DNA from: Pseudomonadota bacterium
Lineage (GTDB): Bacteria > Desulfobacterota > UBA8473
Direction of reading: 5' to 3'
Assembly: GCA_043818015.1 (NCBI GenBank)
Contig: JBDRGH010000003.1
Span: 1-62,575, forward strand
DNA: 62,575 bases
Shown here: one piece after another, positions 9,501 through 18,138 of the stretch
Numbering within the stretch: the stretch's first letter is position 1
Layout of the letters: every line of letters starts with the position of its first letter
The notes under the pieces: generated by a model
What the model was told of the DNA's origin: nothing
Databases searched by the model: none
Seen by the model: only the letters and a program-made list of their open reading frames with translations
Position numbers and translations under genes: made by a program

Positions 9501-10934
9501 TTGGAGATGGAGGTCTCATCCCTCAATTCTACATAGTCCTTCTTATTATTGTTGTCGCCGTTGATATAGTGGATCCTGATAACATTTGGCCTCTCTGGCT
9601 GCGCCCAACTGAAAGAGCCTCCCACGATGTTTTCTTTGGTGAAGGCAAACACGGCACTTCCGCTTTGCTGCCACACCGGTTTGATCTTTCCCTGGGACCG
9701 GACGGAAGATCCGTGAAAAGATCTCCAGACAATTTTTTTCATGTCATTGACGGTCATCTCTGTGTCAAAAATGTAATCGAATCGATATCTTGGCTCGTTT
9801 CCTCCTGTTGGGACAGCATCACAGTATGTCTCAAGAGCCTGGAATGCCGTTGTGTTTAGCTCTGCCGACGTGATGCCCTCTAGATCGGTATAGATGTGAT
9901 ATAGAATGACTGCCGGATTACGTGTAAAGGCAGGTGCTCCTCCATCTATCGTAGCAAGCTTCTTTGCCTCTATGACAGAAGTGATCGTCGGAGTTCCACC
10001 GATCTGGGAATCAGCCGCTTCAAGAGTCAGAGCGAGATATGCAAGCCCTCTATATGCTTGAGCCTGATCAGCAAAACGTGAGTCTGCAGTCTGCGTCAGC
10101 GTCCCTGTGTATTCAGATTTTGATTTTATGGAAGAAGTAGCCTGAACCTTCACAGTATCAAAAAGCATCGTGCCAGCTGTAGAAGAATCCTTTCTTAGTC
10201 TGACAAGTGTCCTGCTGCTCGTGGCTGTAAAATCGACGGTAGCTCCTGACCATGCCGCCCCAGCAGCCACGGTGTCAGTTCCGATAATCACAGAAGATTC
10301 CGCATCCATGGCTTCAAGTTTGCCATTTTCTGCTCCGGAGGTCCCCTGTTTGATGTAGCACGTAGCCTGATAGGTCTTTCCAACTTCCGTCGTAAGCATC
10401 TGGCAGGCTACTTGATGAGTGAAAATTACGTTTAAGTTAGTCATCTCTAAACAATTTCCGGATTGTCCTCCAGCAATGCTATCGATACTGCAACTTATTT
10501 GGTTGCCATAATTTGGATAACAACCTGCACTGCTCCAGTTCTCAACATCGGAAGAAAAACCGCCGTTGGTGACAATGTCATTCTCGTAAAGACTCATCCA
10601 ATCAATATCATTGACGTAGACTGCAGAAAAAGGTGCTGATTTCCCCTTCACAGAGTCCCACCAAGAATGCTCTCGTGGTCTCACTTTCTAAAGATCTGAT
10701 GATGTTCCCGCCGACCTTTACTTTTCCGAATGCAAGAGCAATGGGAATGCCGGCAGAAACTGTATTTTGTATTGTCTCTTGGGAATAGGTAGGAGAGGAT
10801 ATTTTTGGCAAAGAAGGTGTCTCAGGAGTAAACCAGCTTATAACCTTTTCGTACAGCCATCCCATTGGTCCTATCAAAGGGTGTTTAAACGTGTATTTGA
10901 TAGGAGCCAATAAAGTTGTTATGAGACCGCCCAT
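6545..10934 (-). CDS. host-specificity protein J-like central tail fibre; reading frame broken at a homopolymer
   Basis: The 108-aa ORF 10608..10934 carries the conserved J N-terminus (GKVKVGGNIIRS...GLCEGEIS). The 1379-aa ORF 6545..10684 continues with VYVNDIDW and a Phage-tail_3-like core (RYRFDYIFD...KFRIIEKGQDKYGRCTFQLEAY). The two are +1 apart, and the break sits at the A5 run at 10627-10631 (T5 on the coding strand). Confidence 0.8.
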
Positions 10935-11342
10935 TTATTCCACCTTTAATTCAACTACATCAGCTATTTTTACGAATCCATACTTCATAAGTTCTTCTGC
11001 CAGCTTAGTCGTGGCTGTGATTCTTTTAACGCCTAATGATTTTGCCCACTCCTTTACTCTTTGCAATACTTCTGAGTTCTGTTCTTCTCCAAGAACAGAA
11101 AAAGCATAAGAGATAAAAAGATAATCACTCAAAGGAAGATTTACTAGGTCAAATACCACGATATAGCTATCGATCCTGTTCTCCTCAAAGTTGGCCCACA
11201 CGGCCACTTTCGGATTGTCTGCTTGAGATACCAGCCATTGCACCCATTCTGAATGCGTACAAGGCTGATACTCTTCAATATCATCTTTTACAGCCAGCAA
11301 TCCAGCCATCTCTTCAGCAGTCTCCAGTCTTTTTACTGTCAT
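10935..11342 (-). CDS. hypothetical protein with GNAT-like secondary-structure pattern
   Basis: 135-aa ORF occupying the lambda gpK position in the tip cluster. The beta/alpha order and the ...YLFISYAFSV...VLQRVKEWAKSLGVKRI...MKYGF pattern resemble the acetyltransferase fold, but no canonical CoA motif is present. Confidence 0.35.
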   Translation of the reverse strand: MTVKRLETAEEMAGLLAVKDDIEEYQPCTHSEWVQWLVSQADNPKVAVWANFEENRIDSYIVVFDLVNLPLSDYLFISYAFSVLGEEQNSEVLQRVKEWAKSLGVKRITATTKLAEELMKYGFVKIADVVELKVE

Positions 11343-12202
11343 TAATAATCCTGTTTCACTCTTACATGGAGGAAGCCTCCATAATTATTCCTGTTGTCGG
11401 CAGTTGGTCCCCAGGCACTTACTCCACTGCAGGCAACCCAAGTCTTAGGACAACCGGCCTTGAGACTGTATTGTGTGCCTCCACTGATGTTGGTGGAAAA
11501 AGCGATGTCGAATTCCACTGTGCCTCCAGAAAAAAAATCCACAACGATCCTTTCTTCGGAAGAGCCGCTCACAAGACAAGTCAATCGACCGTAATTCCAA
11601 AAATCGGCAGCTTGGTCCAAAGCGTTGTCGTAAAGGACGGTGACCCCTCCTCTGTCGCTTGCTCCCGTAACGTATAAAGGAGCTCCGGTCAGAGTGGCAT
11701 TGCCATCAATGTTACATTTTGTACCGCCGAAAGGCAGAGCGCAGGAACGTCCATATGCTCTCTCTGGATACTTCTTTTCCAGAGCTATGCCAGCTGTTGT
11801 CGGAATACTTATCCAGTTATAGTCGAAGTTTGGTTCTTCCATGATTCCAGCAAAGACTTCTTCATAGTCAGTCACGCCAGAAGTTCCACGATATATCTTC
11901 CAAATGGTCAATTTTCTGCCTTTAAATGGGGTAATGGCAGCGTATGTAAACATATCTTTCGCTGTATTATCCAACTGGACTGTCATCCTTCCTATCTGGC
12001 CTTCTGCAGAAGTACTGATGTCTCCATAAGTCAGAGCCTTTGCAACGTAAGTATTGCCGGCTACCGGAAAAGTCACGTTCGTTTTAGAAGAAGCATAACG
12101 CAGAGTGCCGGTATCCAGTTCCAAGATAACAAGATTGACTGGTCTTTTTTCTTGCGCCGCCTGTTGAATTTGAACTGCTGTTGAAAGTGTTTTTGCCATC
12201 AC
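11342..12202 (-). CDS. minor tail protein L-like (DUF2163/BR0599-like)
   Basis: 286 aa, positioned between the M-like and J-like genes. Cys-containing segments RSCALPFGGTKCNIDG and AGCPKTWVAC match lambda-L/GTA g13-type proteins. Confidence 0.5.
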   Translation of the reverse strand: MMAKTLSTAVQIQQAAQEKRPVNLVILELDTGTLRYASSKTNVTFPVAGNTYVAKALTYGDISTSAEGQIGRMTVQLDNTAKDMFTYAAITPFKGRKLTIWKIYRGTSGVTDYEEVFAGIMEEPNFDYNWISIPTTAGIALEKKYPERAYGRSCALPFGGTKCNIDGNATLTGAPLYVTGASDRGGVTVLYDNALDQAADFWNYGRLTCLVSGSSEERIVVDFFSGGTVEFDIAFSTNISGGTQYSLKAGCPKTWVACSGVSAWGPTADNRNNYGGFLHVRVKQDY

Positions 12203-12549
12203 ACATCCTTCTCGAAGGCAAAGTTAATTTCCCAAGATCTTGCTCTCGGCTCTTCGTTATAGCTGCCTCTCACATAGCGTACCGTCATCGTTGTTCCTGC
12301 GTTAAGATAGCTTGGGACAGAGGTCCAGACAAAGTTATCGTATCCACCACTGACCCCAGCCCTGTGGGCAGCGATCGTATTACGGACAGCATCTGATATC
12401 CCGTCAAAATGAAGATCGTATATGTCTTGAGAATTATCGTCTAACAGCTGATAGTCTTTCTTGAAATTTTCCGATGCTGTGATAATGACAGGATAAACCG
12501 GCTCTCTCGGATAAACCCACGTTGGAGTCACGCCGAATGCAGCTCCCAT
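12199..12549 (-). CDS. minor tail protein M-like (distal tail)
   Basis: 116 aa directly after the tape measure. The C-terminal pattern FVWTSVP...RSWEINFAFEKDV resembles lambda gpM. Confidence 0.5.
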   Translation of the reverse strand: MGAAFGVTPTWVYPREPVYPVIITASENFKKDYQLLDDNSQDIYDLHFDGISDAVRNTIAAHRAGVSGGYDNFVWTSVPSYLNAGTTMTVRYVRGSYNEEPRARSWEINFAFEKDV

Positions 12550-12550
12550 A

Positions 12551-14989
12551 TCAGTCTCTGCTCCTTATTAAAGATCTCATTTGTCCATCGTTCTGATAGT
12601 CTCTCCTCACCGCCCTCACTGCGATGGCGTCCAATGTTTCAGCCAGAACTTGCTGGTCCATGAAAGTAGATCCCTCCAGATGATAATGATTTTCCTGCAC
12701 AGGTCTCACAGAAGCATTCCCTTCTCTGTCGGAAAAGACGACAGGGATGCTGCCACCTCTGAGCGGAACGACAGCTTCGTCACCGCCCTCTCCGGCCCTG
12801 ATGAGCTGTCCCTGTCCATTCCCTGCTCCTCTGACGATGCCACCATATTCATAGGCTGGCGGTTTCTGGGCTGATATTTGCGCAATTTGAACAGCTCCCA
12901 TGGCCGCTGTTATGCCTGCCAAAACATAAGATATCGGAGGAGGCCAATTCCCTATAGCTTGTAAAATGCCAGCAGCAGTGTTGATGACAGCTTCCGCTAT
13001 CTTTGCCATTTTCATCACTCTGAACATCTTGTTGGCATTCTTGCTTCCTTCTACATAAAGCATCTCTGCGATGTTTGTCAGCATTGCAGCTCCTTGCTGC
13101 GCTGCCGAAATCTTCTCCTGCCATACGGCAAGAGAACTCTGTCTTTCTTTCTTAGCAATAGCTTGCGATTTTAATAAAGCTAACTTTTCCAATTGCTCCT
13201 TTGTGGCCCCGTGCTGCTTCATAAGGTCCACCTGCTTGGTATAAAAAGAGGTGATCTCTTCGATCTCCGAATCGTATTGCATCTTGATCTGCTCAAACCT
13301 GTTTGCGGAGGTCTTGAGCCTAAATTCTTCAAGCAGTTTTTGGATTTCTTTATAAGCTTCTAATTCCTTCATTCCTTGGCTTCTGAAATCCATGGCAGGG
13401 AGCATCGGCGTCTCCCAGGTGGCTGGTTTTGTTGGTTCTGCTCCTGCTGGCTTTGGACCATAGCCACCTTTTGGCATATTGGCTTTTGTAGTTATAGCCC
13501 ATTCAAGGATCTTATTTTTCCATTTCTCTATTCCCTCTGCTGCTTTTGAATAGGATATAGCAGCAGCATCCACTTTTACAATTTGACTTTCTAAGGAATT
13601 ATCAAGCACATCACTAAAGGTACGAAACTCTTCCGAAGCTCCTTTTAATTTTCGACCAGTCTCTTCTAAAAACTCTCCTGGAAATTTTTCTGCAAGCCAT
13701 GCGCCCTTTTCTAAAATCCAAGCCAATTTATCTGCAACGACTTTCATGACAGCTAAGACGGCAAACTTTACTGCTTGCCAAGCAAATTTTAAAGCCAAAA
13801 TGGGCTTGACAGCTGCAGCAGCTAGTAAGGTCATCATCACAAGAGTGTCCACCACAGCCTTCTGGATATTATCTCTGTTTTGACGGATGTAACTGGTTAA
13901 ATTCCTTAGCCCTTCTGACAGAAAATCAAAGATCCATTTTCCAGCTCCTTCGAATGCATAATAAATCTCAATGCCCGCCTCTTTCACATTACTTATGAAG
14001 ATCTTCCACCTTCCTTGGAAGGTGTCCATCATGCGTTCGTACATCTTGGCGGCTCTACCTGTTCCTTCTTGAGCCTCTATAAGCTTTTTGACAAAGCCGT
14101 CGAAATCAAGGGCTCCATCTCTGGCATATTCCGCCAGCTTCTTCATGTTGAGGCCGGCCCGTGTGCCGAACATGTCGACCGCTTGAGTGACTGTGATCCC
14201 AGCATCTCCTACCGTCTTCAATATCTCGCCAAAGGTATGAGTTTGTGGATTGACATCTTCAAACACCAGATTCATCTCTTTGAGAGCCTTCGTCACGGAA
14301 TCACCTTGCTTGGAGAGCTGTACCATGGACATACGCAGGTTAGTGCCGGCCATCGTCCCTTGCAAGCCAAGATTGACGAATTGAGCAACCGCTGCCGTAG
14401 TTTCCTCAAGCGACCAGCCAAGGGCTGCTCCTGATGTGCCGGCATATTTCATGGCCTCCGACAGTTTGTCCATCGTCAACAGGGAACTGGTGATGGCCTG
14501 AGCGTAGGTGTCCACAACCCTTTGAGATTCTTCTGCTCGTAAATTGAACTGCCTCAAGGTCGATGCCAATAGATAAGTGGCCTGCGCCATCTCTGTCGAA
14601 GTCGCACCGGCCAGCACCATGGCACTTCCGGTTGCTGCAAGAATTTGCTTGGTGTTCATGCCGGCGGAGGCAAGATCATACATGCCTTTGGCGGCCTCAG
14701 CAGCTGTGAAGGCAGTGGTCCTACCCAGTTCTCTTGCCTTGTCCCTCAGCAGATCGAGATCCCTTCCAAAAGCCTGTGCCACCGTGGCTGTCTTCATCAG
14801 CTCAAACTCAAACTTGCTTCCGACCAAGGCAGCAGCCGTGCCAATTCCAGCAATGGCAATTGCAGCCCGCTTGGCATATGTAGCTATGTCCTTAGCCCCT
14901 TGCTGGGCAATGCTCCCAACCTTGGACATGCCGCTTTTATAGCCTGAAATGTCCGCGCCGATTCTTGCAGTTAAGTGCTCAGTCGTCAT
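12551..14989 (-). CDS. tail tape measure protein
   Basis: 812 aa. TP901-type core (ELGRTTAFTAAEAAKGMYDLASAGMNTKQIL...LRQFNL), long helical and hydrophobic stretches, and a position after the G/GT chaperones. Confidence 0.9.
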   Translation of the reverse strand: MTTEHLTARIGADISGYKSGMSKVGSIAQQGAKDIATYAKRAAIAIAGIGTAAALVGSKFEFELMKTATVAQAFGRDLDLLRDKARELGRTTAFTAAEAAKGMYDLASAGMNTKQILAATGSAMVLAGATSTEMAQATYLLASTLRQFNLRAEESQRVVDTYAQAITSSLLTMDKLSEAMKYAGTSGAALGWSLEETTAAVAQFVNLGLQGTMAGTNLRMSMVQLSKQGDSVTKALKEMNLVFEDVNPQTHTFGEILKTVGDAGITVTQAVDMFGTRAGLNMKKLAEYARDGALDFDGFVKKLIEAQEGTGRAAKMYERMMDTFQGRWKIFISNVKEAGIEIYYAFEGAGKWIFDFLSEGLRNLTSYIRQNRDNIQKAVVDTLVMMTLLAAAAVKPILALKFAWQAVKFAVLAVMKVVADKLAWILEKGAWLAEKFPGEFLEETGRKLKGASEEFRTFSDVLDNSLESQIVKVDAAAISYSKAAEGIEKWKNKILEWAITTKANMPKGGYGPKPAGAEPTKPATWETPMLPAMDFRSQGMKELEAYKEIQKLLEEFRLKTSANRFEQIKMQYDSEIEEITSFYTKQVDLMKQHGATKEQLEKLALLKSQAIAKKERQSSLAVWQEKISAAQQGAAMLTNIAEMLYVEGSKNANKMFRVMKMAKIAEAVINTAAGILQAIGNWPPPISYVLAGITAAMGAVQIAQISAQKPPAYEYGGIVRGAGNGQGQLIRAGEGGDEAVVPLRGGSIPVVFSDREGNASVRPVQENHYHLEGSTFMDQQVLAETLDAIAVRAVRRDYQNDGQMRSLIRSRD

Positions 14990-15734
14990 TATGCATAGCC
15001 CTTATTGGCAAGCTTTCTGTTCTCCTCATCAGCCTTCAATTGGTTGTACTCCTCTTTGCTGCCCCTGATGTCAAAATAAATCTTATACATCCTACGCTCC
15101 CAGGAAGGAAGGCCAAGATATTTGCTATAAGGAAGGTGGAGCTCCTTGAGGCAGAACTCCAGTTCTCGATAAAACCTAGTGCAAGATTCAGGTCCGAGCT
15201 TCTCGCCTAGGATACGTCTAAAAAAGAGTCCTCCTGATCCTCCTTCCACTTGGTGAGGTCCTGGATGTCTTCAACGATTTGCATGAACTGATCCCCGGTC
15301 ATCCCCAGACCCTTCAGCACTGCAAGCTTCTGTCCTTTGTCAGCTATCTCCTCTCCCTTCTTGTTTTTGATGGGAACATCCAAGCCCTGCAGCATAATGG
15401 CGAGTCCCAGATCCTGATCATGCTTTTCTTTCGCCTCCAGATAGGCAGGATCTGAAAAATCCAAGGTTTTCACGTGCTGCCTCCTACTCAACTTCAACTG
15501 CTTTCCAACGTCACTGTTGGGCTCGACCACCTGGTTTATCACCGGCGGCTGCGGAGCCTTGCTTGTGTAAGTGTCTATCAGCTCTGAGACTCCCGTGGAG
15601 CAGATAGGAAAGACCAAAGCCTGAATCTTGCCCGCTTTGGTCACCTTGACCTTGGAAATTCCATTGGATTCAAAGATGGGACTTCCCTCCGTCAACTCTG
15701 TGATCTTTATCTCTTTCGTACCTTCTTCCTTCAT
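14989..15734 (-). CDS. tail assembly chaperone GT-like fusion (-1 frameshift product)
   Basis: ORF 14989..15249 lies in the -1 frame relative to ORF 15207..15734 and overlaps its 3' end. The slippery heptamer sits in the overlap. The stop overlaps the tape-measure ATG (TAATG). Confidence 0.65.
15207..15734 (-). CDS. tail assembly chaperone G-like
   Basis: 175-aa acidic ORF between the tail-tube and tape-measure genes. Confidence 0.65.
   Translation of the reverse strand: MKEEGTKEIKITELTEGSPIFESNGISKVKVTKAGKIQALVFPICSTGVSELIDTYTSKAPQPPVINQVVEPNSDVGKQLKLSRRQHVKTLDFSDPAYLEAKEKHDQDLGLAIMLQGLDVPIKNKKGEEIADKGQKLAVLKGLGMTGDQFMQIVEDIQDLTKWKEDQEDSFLDVS
15219..15225 (-). promoter_or_regulatory. -1 programmed frameshift slippery heptamer T TTT TTA
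   Basis: Checked codon by codon. The zero frame reads tct ttt tta gac (S F L D). The -1 frame reads ctc ttt ttt aga cgt (L F F R R), which matches ORF 14989..15249. Confidence 0.7.
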
Positions 15735-15749
15735 CTTAACTCCTCTCGT

Positions 15750-16364
15750 TTAATTAGTTCCTATTTCAGTGCAGCTACCTGTGAATGCGAAGATCTTCGT
15801 TACGCCTCCATAGACCTGCCCATTCAGACCGAGAGTCACAGCTTCCTCGCTCTCGGTTATGGTCTGCTCGTTGGGCGGAAAATACACCTCGTCCCACCTG
15901 TAGCCTAGATAGCTTGTTCCCGACCTCGACCAGAGGACCTCCACCATGAAAGCGACCTTGCCGCTGTCCGCAAAATTAGGGAGTCCGGCTGTCCACGTAC
16001 CGAGCTGCGGTATCGATGTCGTGTACGTCGCTCCCTGCCCCCTGCGGGTGTGCAGCGTGTGAGTCCTCACTATGGTGGCCCCAGAAAACCAGGTTGCCAT
16101 GGCCTCCGAACGGTCCGTGTCGGCTGTCCTTACACTAAAAGTCAACGGCAACGGCTCAAGCCTGCTGATCGACGGAGACTCTCTGTATCCTGCGTGATCG
16201 TCCGCCTTTCCTCTGTCTGAATAAAGGATCTCTTCCGTCCTCTGTCTTGCTATGGGACCAGAGAGATTGGCTTCTGTGAACAAGACCTCCAGATAATAGG
16301 TAGTGCCAGCATTGCCATGCTCTATGATCCTCAATTCTCCATCACGTGCCTGCCAAATAGTCAT
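15750..16364 (-). CDS. major tail (tube) protein, paralogue 2
   Basis: 204 aa; paralogous to 16389..16976 (YYLEVLFTEANLSGP, EPLPLTF, GYRWDEVYFPPNEQTITESEEAVTLGLNGQVYG). Positioned just upstream of the chaperones. Confidence 0.5.
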   Translation of the reverse strand: MTIWQARDGELRIIEHGNAGTTYYLEVLFTEANLSGPIARQRTEEILYSDRGKADDHAGYRESPSISRLEPLPLTFSVRTADTDRSEAMATWFSGATIVRTHTLHTRRGQGATYTTSIPQLGTWTAGLPNFADSGKVAFMVEVLWSRSGTSYLGYRWDEVYFPPNEQTITESEEAVTLGLNGQVYGGVTKIFAFTGSCTEIGTN

Positions 16365-16388
16365 TGTGATTCACCTCCTCCTATTGGA

Positions 16389-16976
16389 TTATGCCAACAC
16401 ATTCTTCACCTTGGCACCAGTAGTAACCCCTGATATCCTTATTATTGTCCCATAGACCTGCCCATTCAGACTGAGAGTGATTCCGTCCTCAGCCTCTGTT
16501 ATCGTCTGCTCTCCTGGCGGAAAATACACCTCATGCCATCTATATCCCAGATCTGTTGATCCGTCCCAGACACACTCGACGTTATAGCACTTTTTGGTCG
16601 TGTCTATAAAAGGTGGATTGCTTACCCCAGACACGTTACTGGTGTCCCCTTTCGTGGTTCCCAAGGGATGCAGATTCACCTTGCCACTTCTAAACCACTC
16701 GTCGAGATAGCTGACCCCGCTCACAGTATCGTTTATCTTGCAGGACACAGTCAGCGGCAGAGGCTCCATGACCGGATCGTCCCCTCCCTGGGCATAGTGG
16801 CCGTGCGCATCCTGCACACCCCTGTCCATGACTAACCTCTCTTCCGTCTTCTTCCTCTGCACGGGAGCGCTAAAATTCGCATCCGTGAACAGTAGCTCCA
16901 GATAATAGGCTATTTCAGAAGTTGTCCCAGATCCCGAAAGCAGACGAAGAATCCCATCCTTGTGCGTTAAAAGCAT
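16389..16976 (-). CDS. major tail (tube) protein, paralogue 1
   Basis: 195 aa; shares YYLELLFTDANFSAP, EPLPLTV and GYRWHEVYFPPGEQTITEAEDGITLSLNGQVYG with the downstream copy. Confidence 0.5.
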   Translation of the reverse strand: MLLTHKDGILRLLSGSGTTSEIAYYLELLFTDANFSAPVQRKKTEERLVMDRGVQDAHGHYAQGGDDPVMEPLPLTVSCKINDTVSGVSYLDEWFRSGKVNLHPLGTTKGDTSNVSGVSNPPFIDTTKKCYNVECVWDGSTDLGYRWHEVYFPPGEQTITEAEDGITLSLNGQVYGTIIRISGVTTGAKVKNVLA

Positions 16977-16988
16977 AATACTCCTCCT

Positions 16989-17210
16989 TTATCCCGAAGC
17001 TATCACTTCGGAAATATTTTTGGTCTTTATGTTCTTCCTCGAACCGACTTCCTCTTTTCCCTTCTCAGCATCTTCTTCCACTCCGACCACCTCGACCTTT
17101 TCAGCCACTTCTTCCTTCAGCACACCGGCCTGTCGAAGTTCATACTCAATCTCTTCTGCCATCCTGCGAGAATGTCCAAGAGAAATGACAACGTCTTTAA
17201 CCTTTCCCAT
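16989..17210 (-). CDS. small acidic hypothetical protein
   Basis: 73-aa Glu/Val-rich ORF with AAGGAGG upstream of its ATG. Confidence 0.4.
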   Translation of the reverse strand: MGKVKDVVISLGHSRRMAEEIEYELRQAGVLKEEVAEKVEVVGVEEDAEKGKEEVGSRKNIKTKNISEVIASG

Positions 17211-17304
17211 CTCTTACCTCCTTATATTGACAAAAGTATCTTAATAATAAACAGCGTGCTTCCTATAATCAACAGCCACTTAAGCCAAGGAAACAGATTG
17301 AATC

Positions 17305-17550
17305 TCATGTTTTCTTTGTTCTCTCTTCCATAAGAGTTTCCAGCTTAGTTATTCTGTCAGTGTTTGCATCAGCCTTGTCTTCAATCCTATTAAATCGACC
17401 AACCCCAAGGGATAGACGATCTTTAGTATTTTCCTTATTCTCATCGAACTGATCTTTCGACACGGCTTTATTGATCTTGTAATTAAGCATCCCAAAAATG
17501 AAAACTAACAGGATGCCAATAACTGATAGGATTATGTTTTCTACCGTCAT
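17305..17550 (-). CDS. small single-pass membrane protein with coiled-coil tail
   Basis: I prefer the start at codon 10 of the track ORF: its ATG (17550-17548) overlaps the cyclase TGA (ATGA at 17547-17550, checked). One TM helix (IILSVIGILLVFIFGML), then a charged helical tail. Confidence 0.55.
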   Translation of the reverse strand: MTVENIILSVIGILLVFIFGMLNYKINKAVSKDQFDENKENTKDRLSLGVGRFNRIEDKADANTDRITKLETLMEERTKKT

Positions 17551-18134
17551 AATTCCTTTACCCGCATCGATACGCAATGAAAAGGAGAATCTAAAATATT
17601 TTTCAGAGTTCTTATGACAGATTTAGCTGGATAGCCTTTGATGTATGGTTCAAGATCCTTATATACGGACTTTGTCATGAGCAATTTGTATTGTGGAGTC
17701 TTGTCTCCATTACGAGCTTTTACCAGCCTTGCTGACACATTAAGAGCCCAACCACTGTATTCTTTAGGATCGTTATTTATTTTGATCAATGGACTTTTGT
17801 CTACTCCAAAAGTAATCCCAACGATTTTCGGCTCGACTTCTAAATAATCCGTTATCAAGTTCTGCATTTTTTCGGCAAAATGATTTGAGAACTCTTTTGC
17901 AAAATGAAACAACCTTCTGGCTGGATCAAAATCAAATAGCAATACCCAGCCATCCCCCATAAACTTATAAGGGATAAAATCATAGACAACAGACGTCTTG
18001 ATCAGATATTCCTTTATCCACATCAAAAGATTCACCCATGCCTGTACATTTGAAGACAGAATCAGACTTTTCATGATTGTAGAAGAAGAACAAATATCAA
18101 ATTGCATTACCGTATAGTTTTCTACATGTTCCAT
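17547..18134 (-). CDS. class III nucleotidyl cyclase-like protein (bare catalytic domain)
   Basis: 195 aa. YTVMQFDICSSS, YKFMGDGWVLLF, VGITFGV and GWALNVSARL fall at the positions of the class III cyclase motifs FxDIxGFT, KxxGD, RIGIHxG and GxxVNxAxR. ATG at 18134 with GGAAGGA upstream. Confidence 0.6.
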   Translation of the reverse strand: MEHVENYTVMQFDICSSSTIMKSLILSSNVQAWVNLLMWIKEYLIKTSVVYDFIPYKFMGDGWVLLFDFDPARRLFHFAKEFSNHFAEKMQNLITDYLEVEPKIVGITFGVDKSPLIKINNDPKEYSGWALNVSARLVKARNGDKTPQYKLLMTKSVYKDLEPYIKGYPAKSVIRTLKNILDSPFHCVSMRVKEL

Positions 18135-18138
18135 ATTA

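Noticed and set aside
6545-10684. A diversity-generating retroelement targeting the J-like or fibre genes
   Set aside because: No reverse transcriptase and no template/variable repeat pair is visible anywhere in the window.
17305-18134. Calling the cyclase plus membrane-protein pair a canonical Pycsar or CBASS system
   Set aside because: The 81-aa partner has no room for a cNMP-binding, TIR or other known effector domain. The cyclase shows no CD-NTase features. Only the general logic is shared, so I report it as an unclassified cassette.
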